Below are positions 53,701-61,915 of a DNA stretch of 64,000 nucleotides, piece after piece. A program made the translations under genes and the position numbers. Each line of letters begins with the position of its first letter. Within the stretch, counting starts at the first letter, position 1. The notes beneath the pieces are model-generated. The model was not told the origin of the DNA and did no database searches. It was given only the letters and a program-made list of their open reading frames with translations. This DNA comes from Iphione sp. A-MEVVRFRX5 (taxonomy: Eukaryota). The stretch is taken from the NCBI GenBank assembly GCA_976226885.1, contig OZ320321.1, positions 22,506,001-22,570,000 on the forward strand, given 5' to 3'.

Positions 53701-56700
53701 GAGCCGAGCTGTCGCGCCGTGTCTCTCTTCGCCTTGAACGGTACGGGGATGACGCCGCTCAGCACGGCGCCACACTCCACGCACCACGTCACGTACGTCT
53801 TGTTCACCTCGGCGCATTCCGGGCATACTTTGACCACCGAGGCGCCCGATCTCTGTACGGAATCAGAGGGCGTATCGGTCGCTGTGGCCTCCGCGCCGGC
53901 CTTTAGAGTGCTACTGAACGTTGGCTCCTCGGAGACTTTCGCAACTGTTCGACTTGGGTGCGCATCTTTGACAGTCTGATTGTTCCTAGGGGACATTTCG
54001 AAAAGCATCTCGACTTCCTCCTCGTTGCTCCGTCGCTGTGCGTCACGGACAGTCTTTGCGTCCTCTCGAGTGGCACCTCCCTCACTATTGCTGCTGCCGT
54101 TGTGGTTCTTCCTGGGTTGCTGCCGCCGGCGGGAACTTTCCTCGCTGGAATGGTGACTGAGAACCTCCATCTCCGCGGAGTCGTCCGACTGCCCGCGAGG
54201 CTGGCCGTCCGGTCTCTTCTTCAGGAACTCAAAGTCAATACCCAGAGCCTGGAGTCGCGCCGTCATGCCTTCATCGTCGACCACCGAGGTGACCTTAGTG
54301 AAGAGGTCGTCGTCGTCGCTGTCCTCTGCGTTGAGCATCTCGTTCAGGATCTTTCTCTTGTCGTTATCCAGTTTGAACCGGTCCCACTGCGCTCGCTGTG
54401 ACTGGGACAGCTCATCCTTTCCCGTATACACCCCAGAGGCTGAGCTTTTCCTCGTATCCTTCTCCATCTGCTCTACTCTCACCTGCCGACCTTCCGGTGG
54501 GCCACCGATCGCAGCGTTATTTAATTTCGCCTCGGGTTCTTTGAGGTGCTTCAAGGCAACCTGCTCACTGAGCGACTCGCCTGCAGTCGAGCTACTACAC
54601 CGCGCCGGTGCCCCCGTCACCCTCAGTCCTGCGTCTGCACGGTCCTTGTCCTTTCTCGGAGTTTCGATGATCTCCGGCTCGGGGATGGGCTCGAAGCCGT
54701 GGGCCGCGTCCGCACTGAGCTGCTCCATGGAGGCGAAGTAACGCTCGATGGACGCCGTGGTGTAGGGCATACCGGCCTTGATCTTGTCTTCAAACTGCTG
54801 CAGTCTACATGCAACAAAAAACCCTTCACATTAAGGCATATTTTAAAAAATATATATATCTGTGTTTCAGGTAACCCGACCGACTCTGATTTTTGTACCA
54901 ACTGATCTTTTTTTATTTTTCAATATTTTGTGAATATCTCTAGAAAGGATAATACTACAGATGCATGTAATGCATCATTTTGTTCATGGCATCATTAGCT
55001 TTCATATGATGTAAGTTTCATGAAGATCAGAGCAGTAGAAGTAAGTGTCACGACTGTTAAGTATTCTCCAGCTTTTTCACTGGAACATTTCTCTGGTGGA
55101 AAAAAAAATATATATCCACTGACTGACCGACCCTATACTTTTTCAACATGTCACTAGAAACACAGATATATTTAAAGGCCTAAATACAGGAACACTTCTC
55201 TTCATGAAAGATAACAAAGCTCCTTTAGGAGAAAGATTCTTAGATATTTCCAGACTTTGTAGCCTGAGGTAACTTTCTTTTGATATTTTCTTAAACATGA
55301 AATAAAAGGAAAGGGAAATGCAGAGACATATAAATGTCATCAAATTTAAGGTCAAAATCCATAAAAAGTTATGCTGGAATGATGGGTTCCTGATATCGAA
55401 GTTTCCCACAACGAGGTGATTTCCAGGTACATATCCACTTCATAAACAAAGACACAGATGTACCCTAATGACTGCTTTTGTCAAAATTACATAAAAGTGG
55501 ACAGCGTGAATCTCGTACCTGTAGGTAAAGATCAGTTCCTCTAAAGTCAAAGTACGGACTGCGATTCTCTTATTGTTTTGTTAATGCTATGAGTTATTTG
55601 AATCGAAATATTATAGATTGCCACTACTTTGCTCATATACAAACTGCCTTCACTAGTTTCCAGTCCAATGGTAATAAAATGACACATCATAGCTAAGAGT
55701 TATAATGTCTTGCTCCCAGTAAATCAGATCATAGGAGTGAATTTAGATCGTTTCTGACAGTACCAATCAATCATTTTTTTGGCCTAGTAAACATATATAT
55801 ACATGATCAACGGACTCCTTTTCAGTATGATCTGTTAAAAAGATTAGTAGAAAGTGGTTTCAAGCCACAAAAATCCCCCTTCATTATATAGATAATATAT
55901 CATGTAAACCTTTCAGGAGTGCACCCACCTGATATCGGCTACGTGCTGTCGAATACCTTCAATATGTTCTTCCTGGCTATTGGACGGTGGCCACACATGA
56001 CCTTTGACCTCACTTCCAGATCCGGAGCGCCTATGGCCCACTTTAGCCGACCTCGGCCGACCTGCGGGGTGGACGACTTCCGTCGCCCGGCTGTCGTCGA
56101 AGGGGGCGGAAGCCTGGCCGGCGCGCCCGACGCCGCGGGGGCTCTCGATCGTCGATTGGCGCGAGAGCTTGGCTGTGTTCATGGAGGTCTCACTGACGGC
56201 CGTGCTGTCTGTCACTGTCACCGTCTTGTAGAACTCCTTCTTGGTGCCGCCGATCCCGCGCACGTAGTCGAACTTGCTGGATCGCCCCGCCGCGCCGTCG
56301 GCATCGTCGACGCCGCCGGACGCGACGCGCCCGTCCTTGACAAAGTCCGACAGACTGGTGGCGACCCTCTCAGCCTGCTGCTGAGCGGCGTGGGCGGGAC
56401 TCGGGGGTCGGTCGTTCTGGCCCTGGAAGCTGTGTTTAGAAACCGTCACGTTCGCGTTGTCGCCCTCTGCCGACGTCGTCGACAACTTCCGGGCGCGGGC
56501 ATATATCTCGTCGCTGGAGTACGAGCACTTGGTGCTGCGTCGCGCCGAGGACGTCGTCGACTCACATCGCAGTTCCGTCTTCTCGCCTGCTGCTAGTTCA
56601 CTGGTTTTCTCCTTGCGTTGCCCGGAGGTCTCTCCAACCATCGACGGCTGCTCGAGGGTGCTCGGCCGGTGCGTTTGCAGCCCCAGCTCCTCTATGCTTG

Positions 56701-59416
56701 CCCGCTGAGCGGCGAACGGGAAGGCCATGGCCATCGTGGGCTGACTGTTGTTCACTTCAGTTTCCGATCGGAAGGAGTCAATGCTCATGTCGTCCTTTGG
56801 TACGCCCACCGCTCGCCATGGCGGGCGATCCTCACTTCCGCCGACGCCCGAAGCGCTGCGCTCCTCCTCCACCCAGGCGCTCTCCTCCAGGTTCTTCAGC
56901 AGTCTCTCCAGGCGGTCCTTCCCCAGGATCGACTGCAGCGTGCCTGACGCGAACTGCTCTTGGATGCTCGACGGCTGTGTCGAACCGTACCGCGCGGCAG
57001 ACGCGTCCCCATCGTCGTCGTGAGAAGCGCTACCTGCGCGGTGAGCGCGGTTCCGTTCGACGAAGTCCGTACTCTCTCCCGGAGTGGGTTTCCCGGCAAA
57101 CAACAGCTTGGGTAAGCGTGGCTCCCCCTCTACTCGCAGCGCCGGAGGAACTCCATCGACCTTGTCCGGGATGGAGACTCTCTCCTCCTCCGCTTCGCTC
57201 TCGGTTTCGATTTTCACCGGACGTGGCGGCGCGTCGCTCGTCGTCGTCGACCGCGATAAGCCTTCATGCGTCGCCGAGCGGCGCATACCCATCGACTGAT
57301 TTCCCGTCATGCTGCCGGAAGTGACTTCTGACCGTCGATGGAGTTCTTCCTGGTGACCGGCCAACTCAAATGACGCACTTCCGGCGACGTTATGCTCGCT
57401 CTGACTGGCCCGCATGCCGCTAGGGGCACCAGCGGCAGGTTTATTAGCGCGTGTCTTCGGCCGGTGCGACGGAGTGAACGTCGGGGCGGTGTAGCCGCGT
57501 ATCTTCTCAAATCCGCCGCGATCGACCGACAGCCCCAGAGCCGAGTAATCGTCCTCAAAGTCGGCATCAATCACGCTGCGCCGCGGCATCGTCGAGGAGC
57601 TCGCGTCGGGCCGCTTCTCGTCTAGCACCGACGACCAAAAGGCGTCCGTATCACCATCGTCGCTGTTGTTGTCGCTGTGCCCGCCTCTTCCTCCTCCACC
57701 ACCGCCGTTATCGAACGACTCCCGACTGACCGACGGCGATGAGTTCGTGACCTTCTTGCTCTTGACACCACCTTTCCCCTTCCGACTTCCGGTGCTCTTC
57801 TTTGTCGCTCTAGCGCCGCCGCCGCCGCCGACGCGCGAGGTGTTCGACGCGACGATGTTCAGCTCGCCGGGTGACAGGTCGGGTAGGGAGAAGCCCAGTC
57901 GACCGGAACTTGTCGACGGCGACGTGCGTCGCTGCGCGCTGGAGTCCCTTGAATGCGCGGCTGTCGAGGTCGGCACCGTTCCAATATGGCTGCCGCTCGG
58001 CTCCAAATCCCCCCTCCCGATACCATTAAATACGGCTGGCCTCGATCCAAGCTTATATCCGGCACCACTCTTCGGACCGACGACGTTCCGTCCGACCAAC
58101 GCCGCTTCCGGCCCCAGCAGCGCGGGGCCGCCGACCCCAAGCACCGGACTGCTGATCCCAATGGAATCCAGCGGCGGGGGCGACGCGTTCCCGTACAAAC
58201 CCGTCGGCCGCAGTTGAGAATCACGACCCCTAGTGGCGGAACCAGCAGTCACTGGTCGCTGATTTGTCGACGATCGTCTCGTCTCGTTATCTACGGCGAC
58301 GACACGAGAGTCTGCCAACATCTTGGAGCGAACATCCGGTTCCGTCGGAATGCGGTTGCCATTGTCGTCGGTACTCCCTCCAGTGGTATTGTCCGGAGAG
58401 CTGTTGGTGAAAAAGAAAGAATTCACAAATTATAAAATATATGTAGAATTACAGCACACATATACAAATACATATGCAATAGAGAGATTTCCGTCCATAA
58501 CCAAAGGTACGATAGTGCAAATGTTTATTGTAATGCTCTCATCATTGGAAAGTTGTACAGCATAAGAACCCTGCATCCCGCACCAACAAAAAATTAAAAA
58601 AAGAAGTATACAGATCATACCTAGAGTCTGTGTTTCCCTGTGAAACAGTGTCGAAATACTGTATGCGCTTTCGACGAAGTTCCTTGAGATTGCGGGTCCG
58701 GGGTGTGTCCTCGGGTCGCGGTGAGAAGCCTGATGGGGGTCTCACGTCGTACTTACCCTACAAACAAGGAAACAGAAGCTGTCAGGTCCCCTATCCGAGG
58801 TGGCAAGCACAGAGTCACACCTGTGAGAGGTCATCTTGTGGTTGATTGTACCTCTGCTACCCAGAACACTAAGATCTTTTTTTTTTGTAGAAAGCCTCTG
58901 GTCGGGACACACTGTTCTCTTTCTCAAACTGTCCCTTCCTGAGGCTACCCAGCAGCCGAAAACTATCTTTTTTTATTTGTACATCTCCTTGAATGACACA
59001 AAAGTAAGGCAGTAACAGTCGTCCATATCGTGGAACATATTTAAAAATCTGAGCATTTGATACAACGCCACAAAGTATAATGTAAACTTATACAGAGAGT
59101 AGTACACATGAATTTGTACGGGTAAGCATTTTTGGTGGATTTAACAAATGGGATTTGAAATGTGGCAACACTGACAAAAAAAACATGTTTGGAAAATCTA
59201 GTGAATGGACAGTCCTAGGGGGAAAAACGACGACATAGAGATAGATGGATCCATTCATCCATCCATGCATCGATGTATCCATCCATATGGTTTTCATTTT
59301 TTGGAATGTGTTCAAGTCATGAAATAAAAAGAAGTAGCTAGATGAGGCGTCTATAGCAAAATGTCCATTTAACTTTTACTTACAGTGGAACTAGCTGTTT
59401 TGCAAAGACAGAGCAT
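10001..59416 (-). CDS. Multi-exon gene model: F-box/LRR (FBXL-type) protein with a very long low-complexity N-terminus and a C4 zinc ribbon; ~2,118 aa; two alternative last exons
   Basis: Manual exon chain: 59416-59384, 58757-58621, 58400-55929, 54804-52285, 51197-51079, (50183-50160), (48794-48775), 48525-48372, 47267-47104, 46362-46208, 38138-38027, 23506-23379, 20228-20112, 19236-19126, then 13277-13187 or 10091-10001. All introns are GT-AG and phase-compatible; total 6357 nt. The F-box-to-stop part is well supported; the start exon and the two microexons are tentative. Confidence 0.75.
12630..12954. mobile_element. Non-autonomous TIR element (Harbinger-like), inverted copy of the 54835-55180 family
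   Basis: Ends taggtctttaaaaatctgtgtttccggtaac and gttactggaaagagaaatatttttaataggcctta match the two ends of the 54.8-55.2 kb copy in reverse; shared internal tgaaactta.atcatat.aaagc. Confidence 0.6.
13187..13277 (-). CDS. Alternative last coding exon A (KLSQLYLYGVDGLRNVDQVQAVKSDLWLQM*)
   Basis: Acceptor ttgttgtgaccttgtAG, phase 2; 91 nt to TAG; ungapped paralogue of 10001-10091. Confidence 0.8.
13645..13995. mobile_element. piggyBac-like MITE
   Basis: TTAA at 13641-13644 and 13996-13999; termini ccctttaagggc / gccttcaatggg (CCY-type imperfect TIR); three 32-33-bp subterminal repeats with the palindrome aatgccatatggcatt. Confidence 0.7.
14286..14386 (-). pseudogene. Degenerate third copy of the terminal exon (pseudo-exon)
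   Basis: tttgctctgcAT|G TTG ATC CAC CTG TAT TTC TAT ... GCA AAG GCT CAC CTC TGG ATC GAG ATA gives LIHLYFY ... AKAHLWIEI. The acceptor AG reads AT, the middle is 2 nt short, and the first frame hits TGA. Confidence 0.7.
15424..15710. mobile_element. MITE with CAGG termini and 5-bp TSD (copy 1)
   Basis: TIR caggcccgtagccagg / cttggctacgggcctg (15/16 match); accag duplicated at 15419-15423 and 15711-15715; internal agagaggtggaactcctggtt repeats. Confidence 0.85.
16540..16852. mobile_element. PIF/Harbinger-type MITE
   Basis: Perfect 17-bp TIR ggggctattcacatgta / tacatgtgaatagcccc; TAA TSD on both sides. Confidence 0.85.
18006..18161. repeat. Imperfect tandem duplication, ~82-bp period x2
   Basis: gttatttc.gtaa.tgtcaca...ctgaccca..gc.ctaaaccttt occurs twice. 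Confidence 0.6.
19126..19236 (-). CDS. LRR exon (SVSTLASFCHANLEVLKLNFCKHITVPSLVRFARNCK)
   Basis: LEVLKLNFCxxIT pattern; acceptor cttttgtctctcAG, donor AA|GTAAGT; phase 2 to 2. Confidence 0.92.
19440..19830. repeat. (TC)n / pyrimidine-rich simple repeat with an internal ~70-bp duplication
   Basis: Directly visible. Confidence 0.9.
20112..20228 (-). CDS. LRR exon (RSLDLCGCKGITDMGVRAIAMACHSLEYLDVSSSMITHK)
   Basis: LDLxGCxxITDxGV pattern; acceptor ttttctgtctccAG, donor AG|GTAAGG; phase 2 to 2. Absent from the ORF track because it is short. Confidence 0.93.
20963..21078. repeat. Compound trinucleotide microsatellite (TTG/TTC/CTC/TTA)
   Basis: Directly visible. Confidence 0.9.
21478..21628. other. 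Assembly gap (151 N); further gaps at 22368-22498, 32123-32261 and 46722-46886
   Basis: Runs of N. All lie in introns whose flanking exons join in frame without extra sequence. Confidence 1.
21629..22260. repeat. Purine-rich (GGA/GAA-type) low-complexity tract
   Basis: Strongly A/G-biased + strand between two assembly gaps. Confidence 0.85.
22667..22762. repeat. Three imperfect copies of ctcggttctgc.t.ac.gagca
   Basis: Directly visible. Confidence 0.75.
22773..23046 (+). mobile_element. Dispersed repeat family with a 3' GC hairpin (Helitron/Helentron-type non-autonomous element inferred); further copies at ~18511-18750, ~30839-30990 and a 3' fragment at ~26517-26590
   Basis: Shared core gtatgt.tgt.ggtgtg...ttcacctt.aaaatactt.gattactaccaaaattacccagtgccatgg; 3' hairpin tgtccccc...gggggaca at 23011-23042. 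Confidence 0.55.
23379..23506 (-). CDS. LRR exon (IKDTTIHHLMHHCKKLQSLSVANCPNLTDVALTEIATYCSGIR)
   Basis: LxxLxVxxCxxLTDxAL pattern; acceptor catttcttacAG, donor AG|GTATGT; phase 0 to 2. Confidence 0.93.
23570..23635 (-). pseudogene. Partial tandem duplicate of the 5' part of exon 23379-23506 with an intact acceptor (VKAIIIHSLMHHCKTYSLPAL*)
   Basis: 33/42 nt identical to the first 14 codons of the real exon; acceptor atgtttgctacAG; in-frame TGA at 23572-23570. Confidence 0.75.
23700..24170. mobile_element. Possible foldback-type element with tgcattgtg / cacaatgca subterminal repeats and an A-rich centre
   Basis: gtgcattgtgg on the left and ccacaatgcac on the right in inverted orientation; ends and TSD not resolved. 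Confidence 0.35.
31037..31760 (-). mobile_element. Penelope-like retroelement 3' fragment (GIY-YIG endonuclease), frameshifted
   Basis: Translated pieces ALRRPK/NLREHLVRARV, CTNKECRYC, NSNLIYCMTCKQCNSQYVGQTK, DRFREH, ISDHFN, IHRLRTHISQGLN match PLE C-terminal motifs; spread over several frames. Confidence 0.9.
32894..33070. mobile_element. Tc1/mariner-like MITE (family shared with 40579-40758)
   Basis: ta|cagt ... cactg|ta ends; internal gatgactttata and gacaatt.ccatatatcc.acaaa.tcta..ggaaccaaaa shared with the second copy. Confidence 0.65.
35338..35570. repeat. Degenerate minisatellite with an aattcacacttcctgg core (~6 copies)
   Basis: Core recurs at irregular ~35-50-bp spacing. Confidence 0.7.
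38027..38138 (-). CDS. LRR exon (SLRTLELFGCFNVSPRSAASIASHCKFLTILNLGQCWK)
   Basis: Cys-containing LRR pattern; acceptor ttttttttacAG, donor AAG|GTCAGT; phase 2 to 0. Confidence 0.92.
38665..38775. repeat. Minisatellite, 31-bp unit x ~3.5
   Basis: Unit atagcagtctcacatcactccacttggctga. Confidence 0.9.
39085..39275. repeat. Minisatellite, ~74-bp unit x ~2.6
   Basis: Repeated gtaagtgag..gc.a.ttcatgcttgactacacttgcacag. Confidence 0.85.
40579..40758. mobile_element. Tc1/mariner-like MITE (second copy)
   Basis: TA flanks, cagtg...cgctg ends, internal homology to 32894-33070. Confidence 0.65.
43015..43500. repeat. (CT)n/(CA)n microsatellite block plus a duplicated cacagcaccctgagtgttagcaggattcatgcataac
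   Basis: Directly visible. Confidence 0.9.
44330..44740. repeat. Composite array: ~35-bp core separated by (GACA)n/(TACA)n tracts
   Basis: About five copies of g.aaccgagctat.tc.ct....a.t.aacctaac. Confidence 0.6.
45248..45407. mobile_element. Tc1/mariner (pogo/Tigger-like) MITE
   Basis: TIR cagtagaaaccctatttgtgac / gtcacaaatagggattctactg (1 mismatch); TA TSD. Confidence 0.85.
46208..46362 (-). CDS. LRR exon (ELNFTGCSRGELTGDNILLHAAARCRHITHLDASWSNVNDNGVMALVDCSH)
   Basis: LxxLxLxxC / VxDxG LRR pattern; acceptor tatttttccAG, donor AG|GTGAGG; phase 0 to 2. Confidence 0.9.
47104..47267 (-). CDS. Post-F-box/LRR exon (WRSIAVRKTSKMADSWLVEIGRRQPTSLTLVQCHGEQVSVNGLRELFRQCSESLK)
   Basis: Acceptor gttttgttcccAG, donor AAG|GTGAGT; phase 1 to 0. 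Confidence 0.88.
47662..47738. repeat. (TA)n(GA)n microsatellite
   Basis: Directly visible. Confidence 0.95.
48372..48525 (-). CDS. F-box exon (SPRIAAGEFSAWLCLPDEIWLHICSYLRQRDLGRLAQTCMQLHRVALDESL)
   Basis: Matches the F-box consensus LPDEI..I.SYL...DL..LAQTC..L..VA.D..LW, with the W completed by the next exon. Strong pyrimidine tract + CAG acceptor; donor T|GTGAGT. A phase-2 acceptor near 48579 is also possible. Confidence 0.92.
48775..48794 (-). CDS. Candidate 20-nt microexon (ASRTKEQ) converting phase 1 to phase 0
   Basis: Acceptor cagctttAG, donor CAG|GTAACA; supplies the phase change needed between 51079 and the strong acceptor at 48525. Confidence 0.4.
50160..50183 (-). CDS. Candidate 24-nt symmetric microexon (VSKASSRE)
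   Basis: Acceptor ttgtttctttAG, donor AG|GTATAT; phase 1 to 1, so inclusion is optional for the frame. Confidence 0.35.
51079..51197 (-). CDS. Linker exon RNRVSSAAASLPGNVCSMYDVTDHSQRPKIMTVKSAVYSS
   Basis: Acceptor ttgtattataacAG (phase 2, matching the donor at 52285), donor G|GTAGGT (phase 1); open reading frame. Confidence 0.6.
52285..54804 (-). CDS. Giant coding exon (2520 nt, ~840 aa), low complexity, with a CxxC-x10-CxxC zinc ribbon
   Basis: Contains the 829-aa ORF 52281-54770 and extends upstream (RLQQFEDKIKAGMPY); acceptor ttttttgttgcatgtAG, donor AG|GTGAGT; phase 2 to 2; motif CPECAEVNKTYVTWCVECG at 53825-53772. Confidence 0.9.
54835..55180. mobile_element. Harbinger-like non-autonomous element
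   Basis: TAA on both flanks; imperfect long TIR (ggc...atatctgtgtttc); ccgaccga motifs; related to 12630-12954. Confidence 0.65.
55929..58400 (-). CDS. Giant coding exon (2472 nt, ~824 aa), Ser/Gly/Arg-rich and probably disordered
   Basis: Lies within the 837-aa ORF 55913-58426; GC-rich; acceptor ttctttttcaccaacAG, donor AG|GTGGGT; phase 2 to 2. Confidence 0.9.
58621..58757 (-). CDS. Coding exon GKYDVRPPSGFSPRPEDTPRTRNLKELRRKRIQYFDTVSQGNTDS
   Basis: Acceptor ttccttgtttgtAG, donor AG|GTATGA; phase 0 to 2; joins in frame to the exon starting at 58400. Confidence 0.8.
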
Positions 59417-59445
59417 TCAGTCGGGACCAACTATCAGCCTTGCGT
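59384..59445 (-). CDS. Candidate start-codon exon (coding 59416-59384, MLCLCKTASST)
   Basis: Acceptor tttttctcAG, donor GTAAGT. The ATG at 59416 directly follows an in-frame TGA. It gives 11 codons ending in phase 0, matching the phase-0 acceptor at 58757. Confidence 0.45.
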
Positions 59446-60119
59446 CTGAGAAAAATATATTGATAAAAACAATCTGAACAGCCAGCTGCCTCTGAGACAG
59501 AAGCCAAACTTAAAAGGTTAGGACTCAGCCCATCACGTTGAAACTGACCAACCTGAGATCAAGGTAGAAGAAGAGACAACCAACTCTGGACGATTAGAAC
59601 AATTTTTGATATACTAATATAACAGGTTTTTAATGGGATCAGTAATAGGGTCTAGCCCCAAAAACCCTAAAAGGAGGAAAGATAATAGCACATTATACCC
59701 AGACACCTCATAGTCATAACGAGCGTCTCGATCAGAGCTTAATCAAAACAAGAAATATCCACTGGATTTGTACCTTGCCACCTGAATAGCCTTTTTATGG
59801 CTGGTTAGGTCAACAACTGCAAAATTTGGTAACTCCTGGTGATACATTAAACCACAGAGCGTTTTCAATCCGCACTGTGATGCATGATGTCTAAGTTACC
59901 TATAAGGGATATTATAACCACTCCTGACTAACAACCCTTTCTTAATGAGGTAGAAATCCAGTAACTTGCTCGTTAATAACAGGACTAGAAACCTACAAAC
60001 TTTCTCTTTCATAAGATCAGCAGAAGCAACTGTATCTACATGAGCCAAGGGTAGAAAACCAGACTCTCCGCCATCTGTGGGGCCGCCTTCATAATTAAAT
60101 TAAAAAGACAATCGGAATG

Positions 60120-61150
60120 ATGAGGGGCGGTTGAAGAGAAAATTCCAGACATGCTACCCGCCTCCTGCTGCTCTGCCTCCTAGACAATATAGCACTTCTA
60201 CGCGCCTTACTATCGCACGTGACGAAATGACGGCCCCCAAAATTTCCACAAATATATTTTTTTGTTGTTGTAGGCCGACGTTAAAGTTGTTCTCACTTGA
60301 CTGTAGCATATCTTTGACTATTAAAACGATTAGCTGACGCCGTGGTCTCTGACCCAAACCTTTGCGTGAATGGGAAATTATTGCAAGTTACAATGCGGAA
60401 AGAGGAAATGCCACCATCGTGTACGCTTTTCAGAAAAACTCAGGGCGAGTTCGCTAGACTACTGCATGAACTTAGCAAGTACAAAATATGAGACTTGATA
60501 TTAGACTGATACGTTTGCAGGACCATAGCCAGGAATTTTTTGTGGGGGGTATCTGAAATTAGAGAGGTGGACCTCCTGGTTAGAGAGGTGTAACTCCTGG
60601 CATGTGTTTTGCAAAGAGGTACATGTATAGGAAAACTGGGAGTGAAATAGCCTTTTCAGCTATATTTTGTGCCAAGATCAACTGATTTCCTCACTGTCGT
60701 TTAGTAATTCTTTTTCTCTGGGTGAATCTCTTGGCGTTTCTGGGTAGGTATTGGATTATACCCCCGATACCCCCATTAGCTACAGGTCTGGTTTGTGCCT
60801 ATAAAAGTTTCAATTTCTTAGCGACCGTGACTTAAGATTTGCTTTGTGACTGCACGAGTTCTATTTGGGTTTGGTCGACTGGAGACGAAGCGAGTTGGAC
60901 TAAGGCGCATGGCAAGCAATCAAGACTGCATGGTAAATGATTGACAGTCAAATAATATGGCTGATATGTAACAGGGTGTGGTGGCGGCAGTCAAGTGTAT
61001 GCAACTCTCAAACTGGCGCGCGTGGAAATCCGACGCCCTCTCTATCACATTGAATCGAAAAGCACCGGCAGTGTAATATCCACCTGTAAAGTGCTAGGCA
61101 CACAGTGAATATATGAACGTCGCTGAACTGCTCAAACCGGAAGTTTTATT
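60120..61150 (-). promoter_or_regulatory. Putative promoter/first-exon region of the F-box/LRR gene
   Basis: Locally CpG-rich patches upstream of the candidate start exon; CACGTGAC at 60216-60223; ETS-type ACCGGAAGT at 61136-61144; candidate donor GTAAGG at 60210. Motif evidence only. Confidence 0.3.
60518..60790. mobile_element. MITE with CAGG termini and 5-bp TSD (copy 2, same family as 15424-15710)
   Basis: Homologous ends and internal repeats; gtttg duplicated at 60513-60517 and 60791-60795. Confidence 0.8.
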
Positions 61151-61662
61151 TTATTCCCATGCCTAGCTGTACAAGTAAACATGTCGTAGACACTGTATGC
61201 CTTCTTCGGGTTCAGATGTCCTTTTGGTTTATAAATTCTTTGATCCTCACTTGTACTTGTTCAACATGGAAAGGTTTTCGTGTCACCAACTTGAACTCCT
61301 GATGATTTTCTGTGTCACTCTTCCCTTACTCTGATCTTCATGGTACTTGTAGATAGCTGTTATACTGCGTTTAATTCTAGCAACACTGTCGCCCAGAACA
61401 GTCTCCCCCATCAATCTTTTCAACAAATTTCAGAGGTGTACACATGCAATTTAGTGATGCATACACTTTTCTCTCTGTGCCTGTACCAGCACTCTACGAC
61501 TAGCCTGTACATCAATGGTTTTACAATACCTTTTCTCATTGATCAGCATAGGTCTTTCCCTATGTACAGAGGATATTCAAAAACCAAAAAACGGCCATTT
61601 CAGCAACAATTGTTCGGATTTCAATTTTAGGAGGGATTTTGAATAGTAGCTTAATGAGTAAC

Positions 61663-61915
61663 TTAACCCTTTGATTCATAACGAACCTGGGGGACAGTGA
61701 TGCACGGCAGCCAACATGTGGAGGAGGTGCACACTCTTCAATGAGTAGCTATCCCTTTGATGCATAACAAAGTCGGGGGACAGCAGTGAACGGCAGCCAA
61801 CACCTGGAGAAGGCACAAACTCTTCAATGAATACTCAATGTAGCTTAACCCTTTGATTCATAATGAACTTGAGGGAGAGCGGCCCCAGGTATAGTTATCC
61901 CTTTGATACATACTG
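61663..61915. repeat. Imperfect tandem repeat, ~90-bp unit x ~2.5
   Basis: Repeated ccctttgat.cataac.aa...ggggacag...cggcagccaaca..tggag..ggc.ca.actcttcaatga. Confidence 0.75.

Noticed and set aside
52056-58435. Numerous plus-strand and alternate-frame ORFs of 100-245 aa overlapping the giant exons
   Set aside because: Expected shadow ORFs of GC-rich coding sequence; no domain motifs or splice support.
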